Positions 1-9,865 of a stretch of 64,000 bases of DNA are shown here, piece after piece. The DNA is from Candidatus Omnitrophota bacterium. Its GTDB lineage: Bacteria > Omnitrophota > Gorgyraeia > Zapsychrales > JAKLDJ01. Positions within the stretch are counted from its first letter, which is position 1. Each line of letters begins with the position of its first letter. The notes beneath the pieces were generated by a model, which had not been told where the DNA came from, searched no databases, and worked only from the letters and a program-made list of their open reading frames with translations. A program made the position numbers and the translations under genes. Where the stretch lies: NCBI GenBank assembly GCA_022703585.1, contig JAKLDJ010000003.1, positions 206,250 to 270,249 of the forward strand. The letters run 5' to 3'.

Positions 1-1
1 A

Positions 2-385
2 CCGAACGCGGATGACCAGAAAAACATGCTGGGGATTGTTTGCTGGGGCGGGAATGTCCGGGTCGGAACAGGAGCGTCTGATGACGTCGAAATTCATGCT
101 TCGGTTATGGCGCGTAACGGTATTTTTACGGTTGACAATTACGAATCAGGAAGCCCTCGCGGAACAGCGACTCTTTTAGGCGGGGCGATAACACAGTTTT
201 ACGGCGCTTTCGGAACTTTTAATGGTCAAACCGGATTGCCGGCTTCAGGGTACGGGCGTAATTTTGTTTATGACGGCAGGATGTTGTTAGGGAAAGCGCC
301 GCCGTATTATCCCAGCATGAGGACATTCATCGCGTTTACGAATGACATTGCTGACAAAATCGCCTGGCAAGAAGGAGGATTTTAA
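2..385 (+). CDS. hypothetical protein, C-terminal fragment (reading frame open to the window start, gene begins upstream)
   Basis: Frame is open from nt 2 with no upstream stop. Gly/Thr-rich sequence with no recognisable motif. Sits directly upstream of pilM, so it may be pilus-associated. Confidence 0.4.
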   Translation, partial: PNADDQKNMLGIVCWGGNVRVGTGASDDVEIHASVMARNGIFTVDNYESGSPRGTATLLGGAITQFYGAFGTFNGQTGLPASGYGRNFVYDGRMLLGKAPPYYPSMRTFIAFTNDIADKIAWQEGGF

Positions 386-714
386 TGATGCTGAACAAGA
401 AAAACGGAAGATCCTTAGTGGTAATTCTTATTTTTCTCGCAGCCATTTTTGTGGCAGTTAATTTATGGATCAAAAAGACAATCGATGCAGGTCAGCCCAA
501 ACCGCAACCGGTAAAGAGCGAGGTGCCGGTTAAGGCGGCGGAAAAGCCTTACGCGCAAAACTCCCGTATTGCTGCTCCTATTGTATCGAATCAGGAAAAG
601 ACAGTTGTTAAAACGGCTCTCCCGGCTTCTCCAAAAGCCCAAAAACCACCGGAGGTCAAAGATAATAATATTATTTATGAGCCTTCAATAAAAGGAAATA
701 TTCTGCTACAATAG
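385..714 (+). CDS. small membrane-anchored Pro/Lys-rich protein (hypothetical)
   Basis: Single N-terminal TM helix (LVVILIFLAAIFVAVNLWI) followed by a PKPQPVK / KAQKPPEVK low-complexity tail. ATG overlaps the upstream stop (TAATGATG). Confidence 0.45.
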   Translation: MMLNKKNGRSLVVILIFLAAIFVAVNLWIKKTIDAGQPKPQPVKSEVPVKAAEKPYAQNSRIAAPIVSNQEKTVVKTALPASPKAQKPPEVKDNNIIYEPSIKGNILLQ

Positions 715-725
715 AGATACTTATT

Positions 726-1811
726 ATGAGTATCTTATTAGATAAATACCTTTCTGCCGTAAAAAGGATTATTCCGGAAAAAATTCAGGAATTGTCGGTT
801 GGTCTTGATATAGGGTCGCATTCCTGCAAGCTTATCGAAATTGCGCCTGCCAAAGATTCCTTTACTGTCGTTAACTGGGCTGTGGAGCAGGTCAAGGGAG
901 ACGGCGTCGAGGAGGCCCTAAAAAGAATTCTTAACAAAACCGGTATTCATTCCAAAAGCCCGTTTACGTCACTATCCGGCCATGGGACACTCGTCCGGTT
1001 AGTCGATATGCCGGTGATGTCTCTGGCTGATCTTAAGAAATCCTTCCATATCGAAACCGATAAATATTTTCCCTTCCCCAAAGACCAGGCGTATACCGAT
1101 TGCCATGTCGTTAATCCGAAGAATAAAGACAATAAAATGTCCGTATTGATTGCCGCCGCAAAGAAAGAGCTGGTTGACCACCGGCTGGAGTTGCTTACAA
1201 AGCTGAACCTGCAGGCTGAGCATATCGGGCTTGATTCACTGGCACTTGCTAATATTTTTAGCCTCATGGCTCAAAAGAAAAACACACCGGCTTCAGATAA
1301 GAATGCGGCTGAGGCCCCAAAATCGCAGGCGGTCGCAGTATTAAATATCGGGGATATTGCGACGGGATTAACGATTTTTAAGGATAATCTCCCTTGGTTT
1401 ACCCGCGACATTTTTCTGGCGGGAAGGGATCTCAACAAGAGAATCAGTAATGTTTTGGGCGTGCCGTTTTCAGAGGCAGAGAAGATAAAGTGTCAGCCTC
1501 AGGATAAGGCGGAAGTCGTTACCTCTACCTATGAATCACTTTTTAGCAACTTAGTTTCGGAGATTCGTTTGTCTTTTGATTATTTTGTAACCGAAAATAA
1601 TACGCCTATTACGAAATTATTCTTAACCGGCGGTTCTTCGTTGTTAACCGGTCTTGATGCATTCTTTGTGAAGAATCTGGATATCGCTGTCGAAAAATGG
1701 AATCCCTTTTCTTTGCTTGATCTGTCGCCCGGCGTTGCCGGGGCAGAATTTAACAGCAACAATCACCGTTTAGCCGTGGCCCTGGGCCTGGCCCTTCTTG
1801 CGTATGATTAA
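726..1811 (+). CDS. pilM: type IV pilus assembly protein PilM (actin-like ATPase fold)
   Basis: 361 aa. N-terminal LDIGSHSCKLIEI, FtsA/PilM-like fold. First gene of a pilMNOPQ run. Confidence 0.85.
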   Translation: MSILLDKYLSAVKRIIPEKIQELSVGLDIGSHSCKLIEIAPAKDSFTVVNWAVEQVKGDGVEEALKRILNKTGIHSKSPFTSLSGHGTLVRLVDMPVMSLADLKKSFHIETDKYFPFPKDQAYTDCHVVNPKNKDNKMSVLIAAAKKELVDHRLELLTKLNLQAEHIGLDSLALANIFSLMAQKKNTPASDKNAAEAPKSQAVAVLNIGDIATGLTIFKDNLPWFTRDIFLAGRDLNKRISNVLGVPFSEAEKIKCQPQDKAEVVTSTYESLFSNLVSEIRLSFDYFVTENNTPITKLFLTGGSSLLTGLDAFFVKNLDIAVEKWNPFSLLDLSPGVAGAEFNSNNHRLAVALGLALLAYD

Positions 1812-2391
1812 GATTAATTTTGTTCCGGAAAACTTAAGAAAAAGAAGGAAGGCTGAGGTATTGCCTTCGTTTATGCGCGCCATTCCCGAAGAAACTCTCT
1901 GGGGTCTGGTGGGGGGGTTGGTGGTTGTGCTGTTTATTGTTTCTGCCTTCCTGCAGGCGATTATTTTTGTTAAGTTTTCTCAGCGGGCAAAACTCAATAG
2001 GCAATGGGAGGAGATTTTGCCGGCAAAGGAAAATGTCGATCGCGTCCTCAATGAGCTAAGAGCCTTACAAAGCAAAATTACCGCGATCGAGGAAGTAACG
2101 ACCGCCAAGCGGATTTTCTGGGCGCAGAAATTAAATGATATTAGCGATGCCCTTCCCCGGGGCCTTTGGCTGACTAAGGTATCTTTAGATGAAAGGGTTT
2201 TATTGATTGAGGGCAGCGCGGTTTCTAAGATAAGAGACGAAGTGATTAGTGTGGGCAATTTTGTTTCTAGCCTCAAGAACCGAAAGGCGTTCATGATGAA
2301 TCTTGAGGATATCGAAATGGGGCCCGTTCAGCGCCGGCAAATTAAATCAGCGGAAGTAGCAGATTTTCTTATTACGGTCAAAGTGCGTTAA
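1798..2391 (+). CDS. pilN: type IV pilus assembly protein PilN
   Basis: 197 aa, single TM (LWGLVGGLVVVLFIVSAFL) then a coiled-coil region. Position is between pilM and pilO, with a 14-nt overlap with pilM. Confidence 0.75.
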   Translation: MRMIKINFVPENLRKRRKAEVLPSFMRAIPEETLWGLVGGLVVVLFIVSAFLQAIIFVKFSQRAKLNRQWEEILPAKENVDRVLNELRALQSKITAIEEVTTAKRIFWAQKLNDISDALPRGLWLTKVSLDERVLLIEGSAVSKIRDEVISVGNFVSSLKNRKAFMMNLEDIEMGPVQRRQIKSAEVADFLITVKVR

Positions 2392-2397
2392 AACCCA

Positions 2398-3018
2398 ATG
2401 AATATTACCGAACAATTATCGACTCGATTAGCCGCCTTAAGTGAAAAGAACCGCTATGCGGTCTTAGGCGGTATCATGCTGGCTATTTTTATTTTCTGGT
2501 ATTTTCTTCTGATGCAGCCGCAGTTAAAAAACCTGATGAAATTAAGCCCTCAAATAACAGAGTTGTCCAGAAATCTCGCTGAGACCAAACGGAACATGCA
2601 TTTGATCAATGAGCACCGAGCGCGGCTGGCGCAATTAAGGGATCAGCTAAAGACCTCGGGCGGCAAGATACTCCCTAAAGAAGAAATTCCTGCCATCTTA
2701 GAGGATATTTCCCGGATTGCGAACGAGTCCAAGGTCCGCATTAACCAGATTATACCGATTAAAGAGTCGCAGCAGCTGGTATTGTCTAAAGATGATGGAA
2801 AATATTATTCGCTTCCTATCCTTGTGACCGCTCGAGCGAACTATCATAATATCGGACGTTTTTTCAATCGTATCGAGGGGGCGGATATTTTTATGAGCAT
2901 TACAGATTTTGACATTGTTGCTAATAGCGATGATCCTTTGCTTCATTCCTTGAAAGTGACTGTCAAGGCTTTTGTCCGCGAAAAGGCGGCCGATAAAGAA
3001 ACCAAGGGCAAGAAATGA
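2398..3018 (+). CDS. pilO: type IV pilus assembly protein PilO
   Basis: 206 aa with N-terminal TM and coiled coil. Operon position. Confidence 0.7.
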   Translation: MNITEQLSTRLAALSEKNRYAVLGGIMLAIFIFWYFLLMQPQLKNLMKLSPQITELSRNLAETKRNMHLINEHRARLAQLRDQLKTSGGKILPKEEIPAILEDISRIANESKVRINQIIPIKESQQLVLSKDDGKYYSLPILVTARANYHNIGRFFNRIEGADIFMSITDFDIVANSDDPLLHSLKVTVKAFVREKAADKETKGKK

Positions 3019-3362
3019 TGCGGCTGATTTTAGGGGCGTTAGTTTTTGTTTTACTATCCGGTAATGTCGTTGCCGAAGAGCCTTTTATTTATGACGATCA
3101 CGGCAAAAGGGATCCGTTCTGGAAGTTGGTTACTTCCAGCGGCGCCGTCATGAATTATGATACGGATGTTTTGGTATCCGACATGGCGCTGGAGGGCATT
3201 ATTTATGATCCTAACGGCAATAGTTTGGCGGTTATTAACGGCACGGTGGTGAAAGTCAATAATCGCATAGGGCTGTATGTTGTTTCTAAAATTGAAGAGA
3301 AGAAAGTCACCTTACTTAAGGGTGAAGAAAAATTTATCTTGGAGTTAAAAAAGGAGGAGTAA
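3015..3362 (+). CDS. pilP: type IV pilus assembly lipoprotein PilP-like
   Basis: 115 aa with a signal peptide and beta-rich C-terminus. Sits between pilO and the secretin gene, with a 4-nt overlap. Confidence 0.6.
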   Translation: MMRLILGALVFVLLSGNVVAEEPFIYDDHGKRDPFWKLVTSSGAVMNYDTDVLVSDMALEGIIYDPNGNSLAVINGTVVKVNNRIGLYVVSKIEEKKVTLLKGEEKFILELKKEE

Positions 3363-3363
3363 T

Positions 3364-4794
3364 ATGTTGAAAAAGGCACTTTTTTTGGTGCTTATTCTCT
3401 CGGCGTGCGTGTATTCTTATGCTCAGGATCCGGGTGTCCCTGACAATGGAACGAGCCAGGAAGCAGCTGACCAGGCCATTCCTGCTCAAATGGGAGAGGA
3501 CGTTAATGACGCAGAGGCCGTGGGTTTACCAGCCCCCGAACCGGAAACCAAGACGGAGGTTATGGTTACTACCCAGCCGGGCAATGTCTCCTTGGATTTT
3601 CGTGATGCGGACATCAGAAATGTCTTGAAAATTCTTTCTTATAAAAGCGGTATTAATATTGTGGCAGGCCCCGAGGTGACGGGTTTGGTGACGATACAAC
3701 TAACGGATGTTTATTGGGAGCAGGCCCTTCGGGTTATCCTGGAAACCTACGGATATGGTTATGACAAGAGAGGCAATATTATTGTTGTAACAACTATCGA
3801 GAATCTAAAGAAACGAAGAGAGGATAATCAGGCTCTGGCAGAGCAGGAGCCGTTGGCAACCAAAACGTTTATTCTCAACTACGCCAAGGCAGCGGATATT
3901 GTTACTTCAATCGATAAAATGAAGACGTCGCGGGGAAGCGTTAATTTTGACGATAGGACCAATGCCCTTATTGTTCGTGATACTCCGACCAATTTGGAGC
4001 TGATCAGCAAGATTGTTCCCACCCTTGATTCCACCACGCCTCAGGTGCTGATTGAGGGAAAGATCATTGAGACGACGTTAAGTAATTCCGAGAATCTCGG
4101 TGTTGACTGGGTAGTTAAGGCAGGCATCACCGGGCCTAAACGGCCGCAGCTGTGGCCTTTTACGGCAAGAACCGATAACAGCAAATTTCTACCCGGTACA
4201 TTTCCTGCGCCTTCCGCCGATCTCTTCTCGTACGGAACTCTTAATTTTACGGAATTGCAGGCCGTCCTTGAATTGCTCAAAACAAGATCAAACACCAATA
4301 TCTTGTCAAACCCGCGCATTGTAACCCTGGATAACCAGAAGGCAAACATTGTTGTGGGCACACAGTATCCTATTCCGACGTATACCTATAATGAAGAGCA
4401 GGCAAGGCTTCAGGTGTCCGGATGGAGCTATATGGATATTGGTATTATCTTTGATGTGACGCCGCATGTAAACAATGCCGGTTTTGTTACGCTTGACATA
4501 AAGCCGAAAGTTACTTCTATTCTTGATTATGTTACCGTCGAAAATACCCAGCTGCCGAGGTTAAGCACCGAAGAGGCATCAACCCGTGTCATGATCAAAG
4601 ACGGGGAAACGCTGGTAATTGCCGGCCTTATTAAGAGCCAAGACACTTCGACAAGGAAAAAGATACCCCTGTTAGGCGATGTCCCCATCTTGGGGCTTGC
4701 GTTTCAGAAGTCAGAAAAATCCGTCACCAAGACTGACCTGCTTATCTTTCTGACTCCTCACATCATTACCGTCGATAAGCCATCTGGTTCGTAA
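3364..4794 (+). CDS. pilQ: type IV pilus secretin PilQ
   Basis: 476 aa with a signal peptide, a secretin N-domain and a C-terminal secretin domain ending ...DLLIFLTPHIIT, which is the typical secretin C-terminus. Confidence 0.9.
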   Translation: MLKKALFLVLILSACVYSYAQDPGVPDNGTSQEAADQAIPAQMGEDVNDAEAVGLPAPEPETKTEVMVTTQPGNVSLDFRDADIRNVLKILSYKSGINIVAGPEVTGLVTIQLTDVYWEQALRVILETYGYGYDKRGNIIVVTTIENLKKRREDNQALAEQEPLATKTFILNYAKAADIVTSIDKMKTSRGSVNFDDRTNALIVRDTPTNLELISKIVPTLDSTTPQVLIEGKIIETTLSNSENLGVDWVVKAGITGPKRPQLWPFTARTDNSKFLPGTFPAPSADLFSYGTLNFTELQAVLELLKTRSNTNILSNPRIVTLDNQKANIVVGTQYPIPTYTYNEEQARLQVSGWSYMDIGIIFDVTPHVNNAGFVTLDIKPKVTSILDYVTVENTQLPRLSTEEASTRVMIKDGETLVIAGLIKSQDTSTRKKIPLLGDVPILGLAFQKSEKSVTKTDLLIFLTPHIITVDKPSGS

Positions 4795-4894
4795 GGCACG
4801 CTGCGGCATTTTGCTAGAGCAAGAAGATAGCAGGAATGGACCTGCGGGATGAGTCTGTTTCTGTTTTACGAAAATTTATAAAAAGGAGATTTTA

Positions 4895-6193
4895 GTGTCT
4901 AAAGAAATACTGGTCAGTATTAAACAGGGCGAACGACGGGTCACGATGGTTGAGAACGGCAAACTCGAAGATTTTCATATCGAGGTGGACCGGCAGAATA
5001 CGATCCTGGGGAATGTTTACAAAGGGCGTGTCGAATCGATCCTGCCGTCAATTAACGGGGCTTTTGTTAATATCGGAGAAGAGAGAAACGGATTTTTATA
5101 TCTGACGGATGCTATTAATCCTCTCTTGGAGGAAGAAATTGCCGGTCCCCGCAAATTGATCGACAAGATCCTTCGTCGCAAACAAAAGCCCAAAGAGCAT
5201 AGAGATTCCAAGCCTAAACCTTTAGCCAAAGGCGATGAAGTTTTAGTCCAGGTCGTCAAAGAGCCTTTTGGCACCAAGGGGGCGAGGTTGACGACTCACG
5301 TGAGCCTGGCCGGCCGGTTTGTTGTTTTTATGCCTTACGATAAGCATTTGGGGGTTTCAAAAAGAATTGATGAGTCAGGAGAGCGCCAGCGGTTACGGGA
5401 AGTCTTAAGGGAGCTAAAATTCGGGCAGACCGGCGGATTTATTGTGCGGACTGCTTCTTTGCAGAAAGGTAAAAAAGAGTTAATACGCGATGCAAAGTTT
5501 CTGTTCAACATCTGGCAAAGGGTAAGAAAAACGGCCGATGAAAAACAAGCCCCGGCGCTCATTTATAAAGAATATGATTTGATGTGGCGGATTGTCCGTG
5601 ATTTCTTGACTGAAGACGTTGATAAATTGATTATTGACTCGCAGGAAGAATATCACCGGCTTTGCCGCTTTGTCTACACCCTAATCGGCCGGGAAATGGT
5701 TGCTAAAATCCAGCTTTATAAAGGCAATGTCCCGCTTTTTGATTCACATAACGTCGCTCATGAAATGCGCAAGATTTACGATAAGCGTGTTTTCTTAAAG
5801 TCCGGGGCCTATGTTGTTATTGAGCCTACGGAAGGCTTGATTGTTGTGGATGTCAACAGCGGAAAATTTAAGGCCAATGCCCCGCCTGAAGAAGCGGCAT
5901 TTTTGGTTAATATGGAGGCGGCGCCCGAAATTGCGCGGCAGTTGCGTTTACGGGATTTAGGTGGTATTATTGTCATTGATTTTATCGACATGGGCAAAGA
6001 GTCTCACCGTAGGCGGGTTCTGGAGTGCTTAGAGGCTGCCCTGTCAAAAGACCGTTCTAAAACCGAAGTTTCCAGGATTTCGGCGTTAGGCTTAGTGGAA
6101 ATGACCCGTGCCAGGACAGGAAAGACAATCGAATCAATTTCATTTCATGATTGTCCTTATTGTGACGGCAGGGGCCGCGTAAAAATCGACTAA
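4895..6193 (+). CDS. rng: ribonuclease G/E family (Rne/Rng) endoribonuclease
   Basis: GTG start. N-terminal S1 domain, DNase-I-like catalytic core (VVDVNSGKF), and a C-terminal Zn-link (CPYCDGRG). Confidence 0.85.
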   Translation: MSKEILVSIKQGERRVTMVENGKLEDFHIEVDRQNTILGNVYKGRVESILPSINGAFVNIGEERNGFLYLTDAINPLLEEEIAGPRKLIDKILRRKQKPKEHRDSKPKPLAKGDEVLVQVVKEPFGTKGARLTTHVSLAGRFVVFMPYDKHLGVSKRIDESGERQRLREVLRELKFGQTGGFIVRTASLQKGKKELIRDAKFLFNIWQRVRKTADEKQAPALIYKEYDLMWRIVRDFLTEDVDKLIIDSQEEYHRLCRFVYTLIGREMVAKIQLYKGNVPLFDSHNVAHEMRKIYDKRVFLKSGAYVVIEPTEGLIVVDVNSGKFKANAPPEEAAFLVNMEAAPEIARQLRLRDLGGIIVIDFIDMGKESHRRRVLECLEAALSKDRSKTEVSRISALGLVEMTRARTGKTIESISFHDCPYCDGRGRVKID

Positions 6194-6239
6194 TCTTTAA
6201 ATAGATAAATTTAGAGATTCAACAACAGGAGGAAGCAGG

Positions 6240-6551
6240 ATGTACGCTATTGTTCAGATAGGATCAGCGCAATACAAAGTGTCGCAAGGGGATACCATCG
6301 AGACTCATCTTCTTGAAAGCAAAGAAGGAGCGGATATCACGTTTGATCAGGTCATACTCCTTTGTGATAATTCAACCGTTAAAATCGGCCAGCCTTTCTT
6401 AAAAGAGGTCAAGGTGCTGGCCAAGGTTGTCCGTCATAATCTTGCAGCCAAAGTACTTTCCTATAAATACCGCCCGAAGAAGGATTCTGCCTGGAAAAAA
6501 GGGCACCGCCAAAAGCTGACGACTCTAACCATCACTAAAATCGCAGCGTAA
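6240..6551 (+). CDS. rplU: 50S ribosomal protein L21
   Basis: MYAIVQIGSAQYKVSQGDTI matches the L21 N-terminus. 103 aa. Confidence 0.95.
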   Translation: MYAIVQIGSAQYKVSQGDTIETHLLESKEGADITFDQVILLCDNSTVKIGQPFLKEVKVLAKVVRHNLAAKVLSYKYRPKKDSAWKKGHRQKLTTLTITKIAA

Positions 6552-6567
6552 TCTTTAAGGCAGCAAG

Positions 6568-7557
6568 ATGATTTTTGTTGATGAGGCAAGGATTTATTTA
6601 AAGGCCGGTGATGGTGGCAAGGGTTGCGAGAGCCACTATTCGGATATGCGCACGCGTTACCCCAGGCCCGACGGCGGGGACGGGGGCAAGGGCGGGGATA
6701 TTGTATTTATTGCCGACAAGAATATTCAGACGCTTTTAGATTTTAAATTTAAACAGCATTACAAAGGCGAGAAAGGCCATATCGGCAGCAGTAAGGGCAG
6801 CCAGGGGAGAAGAGGGACGGATTGTGTGTTAAAGGTTCCCGTGGGCACCTTGATTCGGGATGATGCCAACGGCCTTTTGATAAAAGATTTGGTGTCTCAT
6901 GGCCAGCAGGTTATCGCTGTGCGGGGTGGTAGGGGCGGCCGGGGCAATAACCATAACCGGGTACCGGCACCGGCCGAAGAAGGCGAATCCAGAGTCGTAC
7001 GCCTTGAATTGAAATTGATTGCTGATGTAGGGATTGTCGGTTTTCCGAATGTCGGAAAATCGACGTTTATTTCGAATGTTTCGCGGGTAAAATCCAAGAT
7101 TGCCAACTATCCGTTTACTACCCGGCAGCCGATTCTGGGAATTGTTCAGGGTGAGGATTTTGATTTTGCGATAGCGGATTTGCCCGGCTTGATCGAGGGG
7201 GCGCATAAAGGCCGCGGCCTTGGAGATCGTTTTTTAAAACATACCGAACGCACCCGCATCCTTTTGCACATGATCGATATGTCCGGCAGTGAAGGCCGCG
7301 ACCCGCTGGATGATTACGAGAAAATCAATAACGAGTTGGCGCAGTACAGCGACACGCTGTTGTTTAAGAATAGGATCATTGCCGCCAACAAGATGGATTT
7401 GCCCGAGGCTAAAGAGAATTTAAAAAGATTTAAAAAGAAATATAAGGGAAAAATCTATCCGATCTCGGCTCTAAACAAAGAGGGGATAGAAAAACTCATT
7501 GATGCGATAAGGGTTATTTTATGTCGAGAAAATTCAAAAAAACCATCAGACGCGTAG
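6568..7557 (+). CDS. obg: GTPase Obg/CgtA
   Basis: Obg-fold glycine-rich N-domain (GGDGGKGGD, GGRGGRGN) plus a G-domain (GFPNVGKST). Confidence 0.95.
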   Translation: MIFVDEARIYLKAGDGGKGCESHYSDMRTRYPRPDGGDGGKGGDIVFIADKNIQTLLDFKFKQHYKGEKGHIGSSKGSQGRRGTDCVLKVPVGTLIRDDANGLLIKDLVSHGQQVIAVRGGRGGRGNNHNRVPAPAEEGESRVVRLELKLIADVGIVGFPNVGKSTFISNVSRVKSKIANYPFTTRQPILGIVQGEDFDFAIADLPGLIEGAHKGRGLGDRFLKHTERTRILLHMIDMSGSEGRDPLDDYEKINNELAQYSDTLLFKNRIIAANKMDLPEAKENLKRFKKKYKGKIYPISALNKEGIEKLIDAIRVILCRENSKKPSDA

Positions 7558-8600
7558 TTATTAAGGTCGGTTCCAGTACGATCGCTACTTTTGGCCTCAA
7601 GCCTCAGGAAGCGGTTTTAAATTCCCTGGTTGACCAGATCAGCGCCGTGCGCCAGCAGGGCATTGAAGTGATCCTGGTTAGCTCCGGCGCGATCGTTCTG
7701 GGGATGGGGCAATTGGGCTTAACCACGCGTCCCAAGGATTTGGCTTCTTTACAGGCCTGCGCGGCCATCGGGCAGAGTCTTTTGATGCGTTGTTACGTGG
7801 ATTTATTCCGGAAAAGCAAAATGGAATGCGCCCAGGTGCTGTTAACGTGGGATGATTTTGATAAACGCGCCCGCTATAACAATGCCCGTACGACCCTGGA
7901 GGCGATTCTTAAGTACGGCGCTATTCCTATTATCAATGAAAACGATACGATTGCGACCGATGAAATTAAATTCGGCGATAATGACCGGCTCGCGAGCTTG
8001 GTCGCCGGTTTGCTCGGTGCGGATTTGCTGCTCCTTTTGTCCGATGTCGAAGGCCTCTATGACGGCAATAAAAAAGTTTTTAGCGAGGTCAAGGAATTGA
8101 CCGATGAAATCCGAGGGGTGGCGACGGATACCGGCAAAAAACATATGGCTCGCGGCGGGATGATTGCAAAGCTTGAGGCGGTTAAGATTGCGACCCATGC
8201 TAATGTTCCTTGTGTTATTGCGCACGGCCAGACGGCGGATGTTTTACCAAGAATCATAAAAGGCGAGCCGATCGGGACATTTTTTGTGGAGAAAGAAGAG
8301 AAATTGCTTTCAAAGAAACACTGGATCTCGTTTGGGGCAAAACCAAAAGGCACGCTTGCCGTCGATGACGGCGCGAAAGCCGCTCTTTTAAAAGGCGGCA
8401 TAAGCCTTCTATTGCCCGGGGTAGTAAGTTGGGAAGGCCATTTTAAGGCAGATGATGTCGTTACGGTTGTCGATAAAGACGGCAAGGAAATCGCCCGGGG
8501 CATTACAAATTATTCTTCGATTGATTTGAGCAAGACCATGGATAAGAAAGGCAAGAACGAAGTTATCCATTGTGATAATTTAGTTTTGTGCGAGAGGTAA
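7521..8600 (+). CDS. proB: glutamate 5-kinase
   Basis: Amino-acid kinase fold (VIKVGSS..., GGM) plus a C-terminal PUA domain. Followed by proA. Confidence 0.9.
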   Translation: MSRKFKKTIRRVVIKVGSSTIATFGLKPQEAVLNSLVDQISAVRQQGIEVILVSSGAIVLGMGQLGLTTRPKDLASLQACAAIGQSLLMRCYVDLFRKSKMECAQVLLTWDDFDKRARYNNARTTLEAILKYGAIPIINENDTIATDEIKFGDNDRLASLVAGLLGADLLLLLSDVEGLYDGNKKVFSEVKELTDEIRGVATDTGKKHMARGGMIAKLEAVKIATHANVPCVIAHGQTADVLPRIIKGEPIGTFFVEKEEKLLSKKHWISFGAKPKGTLAVDDGAKAALLKGGISLLLPGVVSWEGHFKADDVVTVVDKDGKEIARGITNYSSIDLSKTMDKKGKNEVIHCDNLVLCER

Positions 8601-8605
8601 GGGCG

Positions 8606-9865
8606 ATGGGATTGGACAGTCAAATTGTCAATATGGCAAAAACTGCGCGGGCGGCTTCCTATAAGATGGCTATCGTCTCGCAGGAAGCGAAAAACCGCGC
8701 CTTACGATTAATGGCTAAAGCGCTAATTGGCGAGAGTCGTTATTTGCTTTCCGAGAACAGGAAAGATTTAGCGGCGGCTGCAGCCAAAAAAGGTTATTCA
8801 AAAGCCCTTTTGGACCGTTTGTCGCTTAATGCGGGGCGCATTGAAAACATGGCGAAGTGTCTTCTAGAAACGGCCGCGCTCAAAGATCCGGTCGGTGAAG
8901 TCCTTAAATCGCTTAAACGGCCCAATGGTCTTACTATCAAGAAAGTTCGCACGCCTATTGGGGTGGTGGGGATTATCTTTGAGGCACGGCCCAACGTCAC
9001 CAGCGATTGTATCGGACTGTGTCTTAAATCCGGTAATGCGGTCATTCTAAAAGGCGGGCGTGAGGCCATCCGTTCCAATACGGCTATTGTGAAAATATTA
9101 AAAAGTGTCGCCCAGAAAGCCGGTGTTCCTGCGGATGGAATCCAACTGGTCTCTTCTACGGACCATAAGGCGGTTGACATTCTGCTCGCCCAGGAAAAAT
9201 ATATTGATCTGGTCATTCCTCGGGGAGGAGAACAGCTGATTCGGCTCGTAGTTGAGAAGTCGCGAATCCCGGTTATCAAACACTACAAAGGGATTTGCCA
9301 TGTCTATGTTAGCGATAAAGCGGATATGGCGATGGCCAGAAAAATTTGTTTTAATGCTAAAGTCCAGCGGCCCGGTGTTTGTAATGCTATGGAAACCATG
9401 TTGGTGCATCAAAACGCCGCCAAAAGATTCCTGCCGATGATGATCGATGATTTCAAAAAAGCCGGTGTCGAGATAAGGGGTTGTCCTTTGACGAGGCGTG
9501 TTGTTAAAGGAATTAAAGCAGCCAACGCCCAAGATTGGGATGAGGAATACCTTGATCTTATTTTATCTGTCAAAGTTGTCAGGGATACAAATGATGCCAT
9601 TGAGCACATTAATGCGCATAGCTCGCACCATTCGGACGCTATTGTGACTAAAGATGTTCGCGAGGCTGATTCTTTTCTAAAACGGGTTGATTCGGCCTGT
9701 CTTTTTGTCAATACCTCGACGCGTTTTAGCGACGGTTACCAGTTCGGCATGGGCGCGGAGATCGGGATTAGCACCGATAAACTACATGCCCGCGGGCCCA
9801 TGGGCCTGGAAGAATTAACCACCTACAAATATCTGGTTTACGGCAAAGGACAACTCAGACAATGA
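8606..9865 (+). CDS. proA: gamma-glutamyl phosphate reductase
   Basis: Aldehyde dehydrogenase fold with the catalytic Cys region. The ORF track starts at 8588; the ATG at 8606 (MGLDSQ...) fits the ProA N-terminus better. Confidence 0.9.
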   Translation: MGLDSQIVNMAKTARAASYKMAIVSQEAKNRALRLMAKALIGESRYLLSENRKDLAAAAAKKGYSKALLDRLSLNAGRIENMAKCLLETAALKDPVGEVLKSLKRPNGLTIKKVRTPIGVVGIIFEARPNVTSDCIGLCLKSGNAVILKGGREAIRSNTAIVKILKSVAQKAGVPADGIQLVSSTDHKAVDILLAQEKYIDLVIPRGGEQLIRLVVEKSRIPVIKHYKGICHVYVSDKADMAMARKICFNAKVQRPGVCNAMETMLVHQNAAKRFLPMMIDDFKKAGVEIRGCPLTRRVVKGIKAANAQDWDEEYLDLILSVKVVRDTNDAIEHINAHSSHHSDAIVTKDVREADSFLKRVDSACLFVNTSTRFSDGYQFGMGAEIGISTDKLHARGPMGLEELTTYKYLVYGKGQLRQ

